A stretch of DNA of 64,000 nt from Chlorokybus atmophyticus (lineage: Eukaryota > Plantae > Mesostigma and Chlorokybus algae): contig RHPI01002568.1 of assembly GCA_009103225.1 (NCBI GenBank), positions 323,742 to 387,741 on the forward strand. The letters run 5' to 3'. Of this stretch, positions 51,497 to 64,000 are shown piece after piece. Below the pieces are notes generated by a model. The model saw nothing but the letters and a program-made list of their open reading frames with translations. It did not search any database and was not told the DNA's origin. The position numbers were made by a program, and so were the translations under genes. Position 1 is the first letter of the stretch; each line of letters opens with the position of its first letter.

Positions 51497-53230
51497 GACT
51501 TCTTAACACACCATGACATTGAGTGGAGAAGTGGCTGTCTTGGACACGGCGCCCGCCAGGGCCCCTGCCAGGAGATGGCCCAGAGGGGAACCGCCCTTGC
51601 GCTTGTCTGGGATCTGGTGAAAACATTGAATTGTGATGACACGATACTCCTATCAGCTGCCTGTGTGCGTGCGTGTGTGCGCATGTGCGCGTAAATGCAT
51701 GTGTGCATGTGTGCGTGTGTGTATCTGTGCATGCGTATGCGTGTGCGCAGGTGCGGGCACGAGCGTCAAAGCGTGTGCGTGTGTGAGCTTTTGTGTGTGT
51801 GCGTATGCGCGTATCCCACTCTCACCTCAATATCGCCGTGGCCGAGGTCGAATCCGACGCGCATGAAGTATGGCGTGACGTTCTCGAGGTCGCGGCTCGG
51901 CAGCATCATCATGATCTCTCGGAACCGCTCGTAGTCCAGCGGTATCCCCTCGCTCACGCTCTGTTGCGCGCACGTGTGCGTGCGTTTTGTGTGCGCACAA
52001 CAACACATGTAGTGCATGTGCGTATTTGTTGTTGTGGTGGTGATTGTTGTTGTTGTTGCTCATGTGCACTGTTGCACAACTCACACAGGACAGACCACAA
52101 GCACCATAACCCATGTCAACTAGTACAATAACTCTTGTGCTAAAGTATGAGCAGCTGTTGCTAGTGTACTTTAGGTATGATGCCTGCACGAGTGGCACAA
52201 CTGTCTGTCATTGACGCAATTGTAATCATCGTTGTTGTAATCTCACCTCCAGCATAATCTTAACCCCACTCGGCTTGATCCTCCTCTTGGGCGCATACTT
52301 GTTCTCCAGCTGCACCCAACATCATGAGCTCCAATATCAGCATTACTACCGAATCGCACACGCGCGGACACACGCACATGCGCATGTGCGTGTGTGGCTG
52401 AGCGCACGTGCGTATGTTTGTGACCACTTCACTTCACACGCGCGCACGCGCGCGCACACACACACACACACGCGCACACGCGCACACACTTACATTCAGC
52501 AGCCGAAGTCCCCTCTGCAGCTCGTCCCTTGATATCCTTCCATCCCCATCCGCATCGATTGCGCTGAACGCTCCTGCGAGCGCGGCCTCCTTCTCACGCA
52601 TCTTCGCGTAGAACTCATCAAAGCTCATCCCGGAAGCTTGGGGTGGGTAGTAGTTGGAGATGACGCTGGTACCAACAACACCATTCAACTCCTCCTCTTT
52701 GGCCATCACCTCGCCACGACCGCGACGGGCCCACGGCCACCACCACGCACGCCGCGCGTCCGAGGAGAACTCTACACATGTTACGCAATGTGTGCTTCAG
52801 GTATGGTTGTGATGTGGATACTCACTAGCACATACACATGCACCCACATGCACGCAACGGCACACACGTGCGCACATGCACGCACGCACGTATGCACGCA
52901 GGTGCGCGCACACACACACCTATGCACGCGCGCACATGCAAACACCATACCCAGCAAGGCGTCGTGCACGAATACCGCCGGCACGCGCATGCTGCGCGCA
53001 AACGCCTTCACCTCCGCCCTCGACAACCTGCACACACACACACAAACCCAACATTACCACACATACCCACCCACCCACCCACACACTCACACCACACCCC
53101 ATCCTCACCACCACCACCGACAACAACAACCACACATGCGTCACCTCCCGTCTCGGTCCGTATCGATGCGGTCAAACAGCCTCCTCAGCTCCGCCAACTC
53201 CTCCTCATCAACAACATTGTGTATGTTGTT
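49945..53230 (-). CDS. Mitochondrial-carrier-family (SLC25) transporter with N-terminal EF hands; 5' exon(s) unresolved
   Basis: EF loops DRIDTDRDGRLS and DADGDGRISRDE. Three carrier repeats: HLLAGALAGAVSKTATSPL, RLIAGALAGATSTTILYPLD, SFPLEVIRKRLQ. Also RGNGANVLRSAPSKAI and LYRGWVPSTFKLIPAAG. Confidence 0.93.
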
Positions 53231-54979
53231 GTTGTTGTTGTTGTTGTACGCGCAAGGTGGGGCGAGTCGGGTGAGTGCGGAGCGCGCGGATGAGAGACAC
53301 GCCAACACGAGGGGGCGTGCTCGGACATGTTGTTGTGTGTGTTTGTGTCGTTGTTGTGTTTGCTTGGTGGTGGTGATGAGTGTGAGGGTGGCAGCGTGGC
53401 TGTGCGGGTGCATGAGGGTGGAAACGGCGGCCAGGCAGGCCACATGTTGGGTGTGTCTGTGGTGGTGTTGTTTTTGTTTGTGTCTGTTCATTGTGTGGGT
53501 TTGCGTTGGGTGTAGAGAGGGTGACAAGGGTTAGAAGAAATTCTTCATCGTGTGATGCACTGTCTCGTGACTTGCTGTTAGGTTGGGTTGGCTTGTCTTG
53601 TCCTGCGCGTGCAAGAGAGTGTGAGAGGTAGTGTTGGTCAGAAACGCCTGTTTGGGTTTTGTTTGGCTTACAGCCGTTGTGCATGAGTTGAATGTGCTGT
53701 TTGTGCGCAAATACAAACATGTTTTCCATTCAAATTGATTACAAGCAGCAGTCTGGACATACCTCTACAATAAGAGCGCACAAGCAAATGAAGCACAATC
53801 CAGTAATTCAACACATGAAACAAGCCAGGTAGGTTGCTGCATGCACGAGCCAGTAGGCGACAGTCGCCGTGGTAATGTGACCGACAACCCAACAACAGCA
53901 CAAATAACACCACCACCAACAGTTAGAGAACACCTCCAACACTGGTGCTGCAGTACATCAGCAGCGACATACCGGTGAGCATCCCACCCAGCCAGAATTG
54001 GGTTACCTCTTCTCAACCAATCGACCTATGTTCGTCAACGACACCTATAGTTGACATGCACACATGCGCGCATGCGCATGCAACAACGCGTACATACATG
54101 CATACCCACAGAACCCAACAATCACATACAGTTCTCTGCCTACACATACGAACCTGAGCCACAGTTGGTAATAGGCAGCGAGAGCACAGGGGTCCCCTAC
54201 TACAATCAGCTCACCGCTCCTTGCACCTGGGGCAAGGCGAGGGTCTGCCTGTACCGCCAGCGGCGGCGGCGGCGGCGGCGAGGTCAAGGACAAGAGGCCA
54301 CGTGTCGTCTCCACGCAACCAGGCCAACCAGGCTAACCAGGAGGATCTTAGGATAGGCTTTGTCGCCTGATGAGTAGGGGGCACGCAATCTGAACCCAGA
54401 TTGAGAAAGAGCGACTAGCCGGTCGTTTGGCGTCGATCTAGATTGGTGGTGAAAAAGAACTCGTGCTGGTACATAGAAATTGTTGTGCTCGTACATGGCG
54501 GCGGCGGGGGCGGCGGGGGCGGCGGTGGGCTCGAAGGCGTCTGTTGTCTCCAGGAAGGGTTTGTTGCACTGCCTGCTGCCACGTGTAAAGGTGCAGCGAA
54601 ATGCAACCTAAATGCACATACGCAATCAAACATGCACACTGCTAATGAAGCGTCCATGCTGATTGCTAGCCTGTGCACATGATATATGACGTGCTGTTGT
54701 GCACTGTGTTTCGATAGCACTTGTCGTACATTACTCAACGCATTTTAGAACACACAGCACAACAAGGACTGGTTACTCTCCAAGGCTGTGGCCAGCGATG
54801 GAGAGCGCACTGCAGTGATGGGTTGAGACAGCGTTAAGGCTTGCATGCAGCGTCTTATGTTCGCGTTGTTGACACAATAAACCGCATACACGCAATACGA
54901 ACACACTACAAGGCAGTAAGACCAGCGTGCGTCTATGCTGAACTGCCAGCTATACGTCTCACCCTACATGTTGCTAGCA

Positions 54980-56150
54980 GCGGCCGCTGCCTCGCACCTG
55001 CACGTACGCCACTTCTTCATCGTCACAACAGACAACACAACAACTTACACTATTACAATTCGCGAGCGGAGGCCCAGGGCTTGTATTCATCACGCCGGAC
55101 GGCTGTTCCTCAACGCGAGCGTCTCAGGATGGTATGTAACGACTAGCGACGCAGACGTGTCCTTGTTGTTATTGTTGGCATGATCAACATGGCGCACCTA
55201 ACGTACGCGCACGTGCGCCATGTTAGACAGTTGTTGTTGTTGGTGGTGTGTGCGTGTGGGTGGGTGTTCGCATGCGCGCGTGCACGTGAGCGTAGTGCAT
55301 ATCATTCAGTCATTCACACTTCGTGCTGTTGCAGTGGTGGTGGATATTGTCAATGCGTTGGTGCGAGCACAAGTGGTATCGATGGTGCAGCTGCGGGACG
55401 CTTCACAGGAGCGAGACCGGGGGATGTACCGCATGTTGGCAGAACGACTGAGAGAAACCATCCAGAGGTGCTCACAGTATCAAGATGTTTGGATGCCTTT
55501 AATCCACATACCTCCGATAGGCACACACGCATGTATTGCCGCACGTACACGCACATGCACATCTCCCTTACCTTTGATTGTGTGAGTGTGAGATGCCTGT
55601 GCCATGGGCACCACGCACACGCTTGACTGTATACAGGCATGCGCGCCACGGTGAGAGCCATGGCAATTGCTGTGTCAGTCAACACTCCGTCACATTTTCT
55701 GTGCAGGCCAGTGTTGTTCATGGTCAACGGCGATAGCGACATCGCTTCAACTGTGGCTGCTGACGGCGTGCATCTGCCAGAGAGGGCTGAAGTAGACACG
55801 GCTGCTCTATCACAACAGGGTTTGTTAGTAGGAAAGTCTGCCCACAGCGTGGAGAGCGCCACACGTGCAGCAGCCGAACAAAAAGTCCACTACATACAAG
55901 TGGGCACGATGTTCCCTACGCTGACGCACCCCGGCAAGGTGCCCGAGGGGGTGGCATTGATGGCGGCCGTGCGCGCGAGCGTGCATCCCAATGTATCTCT
56001 TGTGGGCGTGGGCGGCATCGACGTGCACAGCGCGCGGGATGTCATCAGAGCTGGCGCACAGGCCGTCGCAGTCATTCGCAGGATATCGGATGCCAGAGAC
56101 CCTGTTGACGCTGCGAGGAAACTGCTTGATGCTATGCAAGAACCTGACTG
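54980..56150 (+). CDS. Stand-alone TMP-TENI family protein (ThiE/TenI-like TIM barrel); start codon unresolved
   Basis: Spliced reading GLVFITPD...SQD/VVVDIV...MVQLRD...; VNGDSDIA, ADGVHLPE, GKSAHS, GTMFPTLTHPGK, VGVGGID, AGAQAVAVIRRI, stop at 56150. Confidence 0.9.
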
Positions 56151-56376
56151 ATGATGTATAACATGTGCGATGCATGAAGTGTGAAGAATCTTTGCTGATA
56201 TGATGGTATCTGCATTGTAGAACGGCGCTGACACACACACGCACATGGTGGGGAAACACTTGAAACACTGAGTCATTGATGACTGATCTCTAATTTTACA
56301 CAACTGGTTGGGCAGCGAGCGGAGGGGCAACTGTGGGCTTGTGTCACACAAACGTTTGTGGTAATTGTGTCGCATC

Positions 56377-58161
56377 CTATTGTTCGTTTTCATATGGCGC
56401 ACATGTTCGTCGACAGCTCTTCTCCAATGCAGATAAGCATGAGCGGTAGTCTTCGTTATTGGAACCCGCTCGCGGTGGGTTCGCCTGTAGTTCAGAGCCA
56501 TGTGAGCACAACGTTGAACATGTGTTGATGTTGATAGATGTTGGGATTGCAACCATCTGTCATGATCAAGGCAAAAACTTGCTATGTGCATCACAACCAG
56601 CTGGTGTACCTTGTCACATGCGGCGCTGAAGGACACCTGACAGGCTTCTTGGCATGCATGCCACATCTCACTCTCATCCCTGCAACATACGTGCAACGGG
56701 CGTGTTGGTGACTGTGACTCAAAATTCAATGCATAGGCAAAGGCATTGATATGGTTCTCGCAATGCGTCGCAGTAGCACACAAAAGCCCGCTTACCGCAC
56801 GCATCGTGTTTGGCAGCTCTCAACTCCACGGTATTGCGAGCACACATCTATGCACTTCTTGGTCACGCCCTGCGAGCCAACCGGAACAGAGTGCTGTGGT
56901 CGCTTAGATATGCCGGCCAGAACCTTATGCGTTGTTGCGACTGAATCAATCAACCATACAACTTCTATGCTTACATCAGTGTCAAGCTGCCGCTCACGCC
57001 CTCGTAGCGTCTCAGCTGTTGGAAGCTTATGTAGTTGTGCGTACTTTGCGCGCGTCGCGGGACCCCAGTAGCCTGCTGCTGGGTTGATGCCCACAGAGTT
57101 CTGCACGCATGTGTCATGTGTACATTGGTACAGCATGTGCATGGCACAGAAGCTCACATGAGTATGATTGTGCAACACACACCTGCCATTTCGAAACGGC
57201 CTTCTCTGTTTTCTGACCAAAGAAGCCGGAAGGCGCGTCGTCAAAGAAACCCTGAGCATCACAACAGAAATCAGCAAGAGTTGCGCTTAGAGAAGCACGC
57301 ACAATATTATCAAGACTGCTTTTGGAGGTGTCTTGCCACAAGAGTGTCAAGCCAGCTGGCAGCCAACAATCCGCAATGCAAGCATAGTGCAAACGCAATG
57401 AGCAGGCACAAGCAGAGAACTGCACAATTTTATAGAAGTGCATGTGCAACACAAAGTGATCAAGCACTTCGACCAAGCAAGGAAGCCTTCAACAGCACTA
57501 TGTGGCATTGTTGGCTGTCTTGTGGCCACCACACGTCCACACCTCATGTCGGAGGAACTCCTGGAGGCAGTTGACGTCGCCGCCGTAGCTGCCCCGCGTG
57601 ATGTCGCGGTGGAAATAGCAGGCGCCGGCCTGAGCGGCTTCGGCCACCTCGTGTTGCCGCTGCTGCATCTCCATGGCCCTTTCTTCGTCCTCCTCCTCCT
57701 CCTCCTCCTCTTCCGGCTAACCCTTCGCACAGACAAGACAGCTGCCTGCAACCTCAGAGACAAACCTGTGCACCCTTCACAACGCACACTCCTCTTCTCA
57801 CCAGAACAGCTAACCGAATATCCTCTACCCACCGACTCCGTCCCAAAGACAATCCCTACAACAATGACAACGATACCGCCGCCGCTGCCTACTGCACTGC
57901 CGCGCAGCTTTTGCGCGGGAAAAGTGCCCTGATCAGGGTTGGAAAAAACCGGATCATTGAATGTGGACTGACTGATCAGGGTGAGTCGATGTGGAACAGA
58001 TATAGCTATTGCAACCCAGTTCGGCCAACTCCAGCAGCATTGTCCAGCTTGTCGTCGTCCTTGTCGCTGCCCTGGCCGCCGTCGGCGCCGTCGGCGTCGT
58101 TTGTCGGCGTCGTTGCGCTGCTAGGATTGCGGAATTTGGTACAGCTAACTGTCATTTGCAT
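56377..58161 (-). CDS. Peptidoglycan-binding-domain (PG_binding_1-like) protein with a hydrophobic segment and a Cys-rich C-terminal domain
   Basis: Exons joined at GT-AG sites: CYFHRDITRGSYGGDVNCLQEFLRHE / GFFDDAPSGFFGQKTEKAVSKWQ / NSVGINPAAGYWGPATRAKYA... / KCIDVCSQYRGVESCQTRCVR / DESEMWHACQEACQVSFSAACDK / ANPP...YRSCLSALEKSCRRTCAPYENEQ* (TAG at 56377-79). Start ATG 58161 and the 5' exons are tentative. Confidence 0.85.
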
Positions 58162-58452
58162 ATTTGTCCTGAGAGCTAGCTACGGGAAGCCTGTACCTGC
58201 AGCGGCGCATGTATGGCTTGCCTAGCTGACTGCTTGATTGCTTGGCATGCAAGTTTCAGCTGTTCGTGCATTGCTGCTGTTTTGATATCGTGTATTTAGT
58301 GCCTTATCAACACCAATTCAAGCTTTGAACGTGCGCAGCTGCATGTGTGCACGGAGCGCCAGTTGCCGTGTGCTGCTGAACGCAACTACTGGCTTGGCTG
58401 ATTGGAGTTGCGTGTTCTTGTTAGTTGCAGCGCTGCACCACTTGCTGCTTGC

Positions 58453-61400
58453 ATGGACGGGCTGATTGCGGAAGTGGAGCAGGCGAGCGCTGCTCTTGAG
58501 GTCAGTTCATGGAGCCACCAATGTGCGCTGCAGCGTGTTCAAGTTTGGGCACTCTGCCAAGCAGCATTGTGGGGCAAGCTGTTTCTTTAGCGTGGGATGG
58601 TGCAATGGGCTGTAAATCTATGATAATGTCGTCACAAGACTACTGCCCATGTACTTGGCAAGGAAGTTGCGTGTGCTTAACGCTTCAAACAACAGCACGT
58701 GTTGTTGGGACACTGTGAGCCAGCGCTTGATGGCATTCCCCCTGCAATGGTGTTTCAGCACTGCAGCGACGTAACCACATGCTGCAGTGCGTTTGGGCTT
58801 CTTTGAACCTTACTAATGACTTTGACCTTGTCTCGGGTCATGTTTAGAAGATTTGAACACTGAGATGAATGCAATTGTGTAGGATTTGTCAGGGAATGCC
58901 CAGGCTCAGGCGACACTTCTTGGTTTGCGCACCCATCCTCAATTCCTCCAGGCTTGCTTCTGCATCCTAGATCGCTGCGCGCTTCCCGGTGCTCAATTTC
59001 AGGTAGACCAAGGACTGGATCTGTTACAGTAGCTTGACTTGCAGTGAGGTATTTTGTACCTTGCTAAACTCACACTGACAATGACCTTGCAGGCTGCCTG
59101 CGCTCTTCGTGGAGTGCTGCCTAGAGAATGGCCGCGGTTGAGCAGCGGGGACCGTCAGGGCCTTCGCGAGCACCTCATTGCACTTGCTGCGCGAGCAGAC
59201 ACGCAGCATTACGTGCGTGGGGAGCTGCTTGGCTCCGCAGCTGCAGCTCTGAAGTTGGCTTGGGAAGACCTCTCGCGCGAAAACCGGGATGCATTCTTTC
59301 AGCAGGTGTATATACTGCCCCATAACGACACTTGCATGCAACCAAAGTGGCGTTTGCATGGATATGGATGCTCTTTGCGGCTTCACAGGTGGATGAAGCT
59401 GTGCGAGGAGAGCGGGATGACATGCGCCTTGTTGGCTTGATGCTGCTGAACTGTATAGTAAGAAGCACTGCTGTGTATATGACCTGTCATAATTATGAAG
59501 CATGCTGCGACACATTAGCTTCTTGTGCAGGTGGAAGAGTTCTTGCCCCCCACAGCAAGCGCCCTCGGACTTTCAGCGGAGTACCACGAAAGGTGTGGCA
59601 GAACATTGCAGGCGCGATATCTCCCCCGCATCTATTCGCTCGCTGCACACACAGCCCATGCGTTGGTTGCTTCAAGACCTGGTGACAGAGCCTGCATTGC
59701 TGCCTTCCAGCTGATGGCCAAAATCCTCACCTGGGATTTTAGGCCGTCACCGCTACCTGCTTCAGCCGCGGCTCGCGCCACTGATGCTACCTGCTTACAG
59801 GTGTGCTCGCGTACATCCTTGTGTTCAGCCACAGTTATGTTGTTTAACTACTTCAACTCAGCAGCATGGCCATTTCAGTGCAGGAAGCTTGTTGCAACAT
59901 GCATGAACTTACTTTTTCAATTGCTGGTAACTCATTCGCCACAGCCAGGGACCAGCTGGAGGGAGCTGTTGCTTGCTCCGCATGCAAGCGGATGGCTGCT
60001 AGAGCTATATGCAGCTCTACGGCACGCAGAGGCGCCGGGCACAGCGCCAGGTGCCTTGAAGTTAAAGAAGTTGCATGAAGCCATGTCCAGCGCGGACCCT
60101 GCCCTTGCAGCCGCTTGCCGACAGATCGTCGTGCAGCTTGCTGGGTTGCGCGGGGACATCTTTGCAGATGTCACAAGTAAGGTCAGCTGCTTAGGATATA
60201 CAGACAGTTTTTTTTGCACCAGCTGCCCAAGCAGTTGTTGTGATCAGTTGCTTTCTCCCTTTAGGTGCAACATGCCGGCAGTTTGCTTCAGGCGGTTGCG
60301 GAATGGCTGTCACCAGTCAGCGTCATTGTACAGGCATCGCATGAGGTGTGTTGGGTTCTTCTGTTCCGCCATTGCAGCACGGTCGCGTGCATGCTCTAAG
60401 CAATGATACGCTTGTGTCACTTGACTACTTAGGGTGAAGAGGGCGAGCTCTTAGACGCGTGCCGAGCTCTGTCAGCCTTGGCGGCCTGGCACTCACCCGC
60501 AGACCTGGCGTTGATACCGCACGCAGCTGATGCTCTGAGAGCCACCGCGCACGTGTCAATGCAGTGCGCGCGTCTTGCTTTCAAAGAAGACACTGACTGC
60601 TGGGCTCTCGAGATTTTTGACATTTTATTGAACATGTGGACGCGCCTCGTGCAAGCGCCTGAGGAGCTCCCACCTGCTGTTGACGCCGCTTATGGCATAT
60701 TTGAGGTACATACCTGTTGAATGGCAGTCAAGTTTGCATGAATACGTTGTCCTCCACCGTAGCTTAAATGGTAGTCATGGTATTCATTAGAGGTTCGTTG
60801 AGCAACATGGTCATTCAGCGTGTATGCTGTACTGGCAGGCATATGTGCATGCGGCACTTGAGGATGCAGCAGCAGGAGCGCATGCTGAAGATGACGCGTT
60901 GGAGCGTGTCTCAGCCGCGTTGGCGGCTCGAGACGAGACACTGGCTATGGTCGCCATACTTGCACGGGCTTCCCCGATGCCATCACTCACCCTGCTTCAG
61001 ACTGCGTTGGCAGCCGCGCACAGCCGCATTGCGGCTTGCGCGTCTTCTGGCAATGATGCAAGCGAGCCTTTGGAGCAGCTGTACTTCTTGCTGCTGATGT
61101 CTGGCCATGTGATTGCCGACGACGCACAAGGCGAAACGCCATCCATTCCGGAATCGTTTCTGATTGCTTCTGCAGCCGCGGGTGCAGACGCAGCAAACGA
61201 TCCCGCGCTTTCGCTGTCACTGTTCAACTTTCGCATAGCATGTGAAACCTTGGATCCCTCAGCTCGCGTGAGGACACTCAGCCCTCGTCTGATGGAAGGT
61301 TTGGTCTGGTATCTCGCCCGCTGGACTGAGACCTACCTGATGCCAGAGCAGAATGCTTTCCCAAGAGGAAAAGAGAATGCAGCTGCATGCGCTCTGGTTG

Positions 61401-63624
61401 CTTCTTTTTCTGCTGTTGGTGGCGGTCCCAACGTTTTGGATGCGCTGGTGCAGATCGCTTGGACAACCCTCACGGCATGGCCAGGTGGCGTGGGTGTTTT
61501 CTTGCAGGCGGGTGGTTTGGCAGATGTGGTGCCGAGCGTGATGTGCTTTGGCTTGTGTTGTGCAGGTGAAGTTGAGTTGGAAACGGTGACGTGTTCTCGA
61601 CTTTTACCAGCATTGGTGAGACGCAGAGAGCTTCGGAGGTAGGTTGCTTGGATACGTTGTATGTGCCCTCACAAACGGATGCATGTATGCTTACAGTTAA
61701 CATACATGTTTGTATCGTTGTGGTTGGACTTGCTCTACGCAGAACCTTATTGCGCCTTGACACTTGGCGGCAGCTGGAGCGAGTCTTCACTGAGCCTGCT
61801 GGGCCTATTGCATCCCTTTCTGCGGCTCTGCAACGCGACATACAGGCTGCTCTCTGCCGCGCGGTTGCTGGTGAAGATGACAAAGACGCTGCTGCAAAGC
61901 ACATTGAAGCGCTTCTTCAACCCTTGATAGGTTGAATTGTGTCCAGCAGTGTCGTTTGATGATTGCTTCGTTGTATTAGCATGCATGTTGCTTGAGACTG
62001 AAGAATTTGCCCTGACAGGGGAGTTGAGAGGCATATTCGAGCATCCCGATGCGCGCAGCAGCAAGCATCTGCAGAGGCCGGACGTGATGGCGAGGGTGGC
62101 GGTGTTGTTGGAGCGCCTGAGAGGCTCTGCTCGTGCGACGCACCCGCGAACACAGGCTTCACTGTTTCACGTGTCACAGGTAATGAGCACAGTTTACCCT
62201 CCAGCTTCGCGTATTCTGGAAACGCGCGACAGTCTGTGTACAGCACTACACAACATCAGTGTGACACTGTGTGCTTACAATCAGGGTGCAATGGATGCCG
62301 CACTTGCTGTGTTGGATGGATATCGCTCAGAAGCTTCAGTCGCGCTGCTTGCTCTGAAATGGGCAGTCGAGCTCGCTGAAGCGCACGCGCCATACTTAGC
62401 GCTCACCGAGTCACGAGTCCTCAACGCATTTGCTCTGCACGCTGTCCAGGTAGGTTGTTCACCATTGCATCACCTCACTGTCTATACGACGCACTACTGA
62501 GCTTTTGGACCAAGCATTCATTGTGTTGTGTGTATGCTCAGGCATTTGCACAACATCACCTGCAAGATGCTCACACGAGCACGCTGTCAACCTTCTATGT
62601 GGACAAGACATCCGATGCTTATCGGGGTGTTAAGGCTGTCCTTGGCGTGTTGAATGCGCTCACTGCGAAAGACACCGTTGACTTTGCACGCCAGACTGAA
62701 GCCGCTGCTAACGAAGCCGTCCAGGAGTCTGTACAGGTACTGCTCTGAACAAAACTACTCTGAGCTGGTGACCATGACCAATTCTCTTCATGTTGTTGTG
62801 CAGGTTGTGCTGGTAGGATTGGGAGTTGCCATGCCACTCATGTCCGCAGAGTTGCTGAAGTTCCCAAAGCTCTGCCAGCGGTTTATAGCCGTCGCCTCTC
62901 ATGCCTGCACAGTACATCCAGCAGAGGTAGCCTCCCTTGCGCCAGAAGCCCTCACCTCACTTGTCTCTGCAGTGGACTTCGCATTAAGCCATCAGGTAGG
63001 CAGTGACTCTGTCGCCTATGTTAGGGAAGTTCTTTGCACTTGAAGCACCGTCATGTGCAATCTGGCCTTCAAGCATGCCATCAAGCCAGTCCGTGCTTCC
63101 TTTGACTCCTCCTTTCACCGTGCAGGATGCAGATGTTGTGCAGTCTGCCTTAGAAGCTGTGGGCGCTCTTGCTGCATACTACTGCGAACAACAGTCCAGT
63201 CAGCCCAATGCAGGTACGCAGAAATACAACACCACCTTGAGATCACAGCAATTGGTGGCTCAAAGATGCCAACAATTTGTTATGTTCAGGCACAGGGACA
63301 TTTGCCGAATCGATACGGCATTTCCAAGCGCTTCTACTGCGTTTGCTGCTGTTGGAAGATTTCAACGTCGAGTTAATGGGGCAGGCGGAGGATGCGTTGC
63401 TGGCGCTTATTGTGGCGGACAGAGCACTATTTCGGCACCACCTAGAGGAGATTGTGAGGGGGGTTGAGGGTGAGGAGGCCAAGCGCGGCACGTCGGAGGC
63501 GCTGCGGGCCCTTGTTGAGAGCAGTGAACGCGTCACAGCACTCAACCGGCAGACCAGACAAGCCTTCCGCGCAGAGTCCCAAAAACATGTTGTGGCTGCT
63601 CGCAGCTGGTTAAGAACAAAGTGA
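58453..63624 (+). CDS. XPO4: Exportin-4 (importin-beta/karyopherin family)
   Basis: MDGLIAEVEQASAALE; AQFQ/AACALRGVLPREW...HYVRGELLGSAAAALKLAW; EEFLPPTASALGLSAEYHERC; EQLYFLLLMSGHVIADDAQGETPSIP; LSPRLMEGLVWYLARWTETYL; PLMSAELLKFPKLC; AEDALLALI; FRAESQKHVVAARSWLRTK*. Confidence 0.9.
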
Positions 63625-64000
63625 TAAATGAAATGCCTAATTGGTGGTCTCCATGCGGTAAACTGGAGTTGAGAGCAATGCATCATGATTGCGCCATTAG
63701 GCAGTCGTGTACGTGTACACGTAATCTCACAGCAGTTGCTAATGTGATGCGCATGGGTATTGGGCTATGCGGGCGTTGCTGGGGCTTCTGGTCAACACAT
63801 GTCAGTGTTGTGGAATTGCAAGCTGCTAGTGCAAGTGCATGCATTAGTGCCAAAACATCCAGTCAGTTCTAACTGTATTACCAGCACACCGCTTCATGAT
63901 GACATTGTTGCATTACAGGTGAGACTCTTAAATTGCAAACATGCTTCAGCATGCATGCATGAACTTGTATTGCGAAGGACAAATCTGATGTGTGGTTATT

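Noticed and set aside
54360-54420. Hammerhead-like CTGATGAG...GAAA
   Set aside because: No stem II closing pair and no stem III or NUH cleavage site. Treated as chance.
53940-54500. Small ORFs (MYEHNNF..., YEPEPQL...) as separate genes or as the carrier's first exon
   Set aside because: No recognisable motifs, and I could not build a consistent splice path to the EF-hand exon. Left unresolved.
55140-56380. TPP riboswitch in or near the TenI-like gene
   Set aside because: No TPP aptamer consensus in the introns or 3' region. The only CTGAGA is in a coding exon, and the 12-bp intronic hairpin at 55186-55224 does not resemble the aptamer.

Overview
Eukaryotic nuclear DNA with short GT-AG introns and CA/TG microsatellites. 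It is most likely a green alga, probably an early-diverging streptophyte; this is inferred from a plant-type mitochondrial EF-Tu, FY and a DNMT-bearing Ty3 element. The window has two halves. Bases 1-36.3 kb are a nested, decayed transposon island: (i) a Ty3/Gypsy element ordered PR-DNMT-RT-RNaseH-INT-PHD-like-PPT-LTR, hit by three solo LTRs with 5-bp TSDs; (ii) a Helitron RepHel split by a 5.1-kb CAC...GTG insertion; (iii) a spliced GIY-YIG nuclease pseudogene; (iv) a second gag-PR fragment; (v) two paralogous zinc-finger pseudogenes; (vi) a RING ORF interrupted by a near-intact 536-bp TRIM with a tRNA-like A/B-box pair; (vii) a TA-flanked MITE. Bases 36.5-63.6 kb are a compact block of seven intron-rich host genes: mitochondrial EF-Tu (+), M13 neprilysin/ECE-like peptidase (-), FY/WDR33 (+), EF-hand mitochondrial-carrier protein (-), TenI/ThiE-like protein (+), peptidoglycan-binding-domain plus Cys-rich protein (-, not visible in the ORF track) and exportin-4 (+). 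There are four N gaps. All translations and alignments were done by eye, with no database searches.
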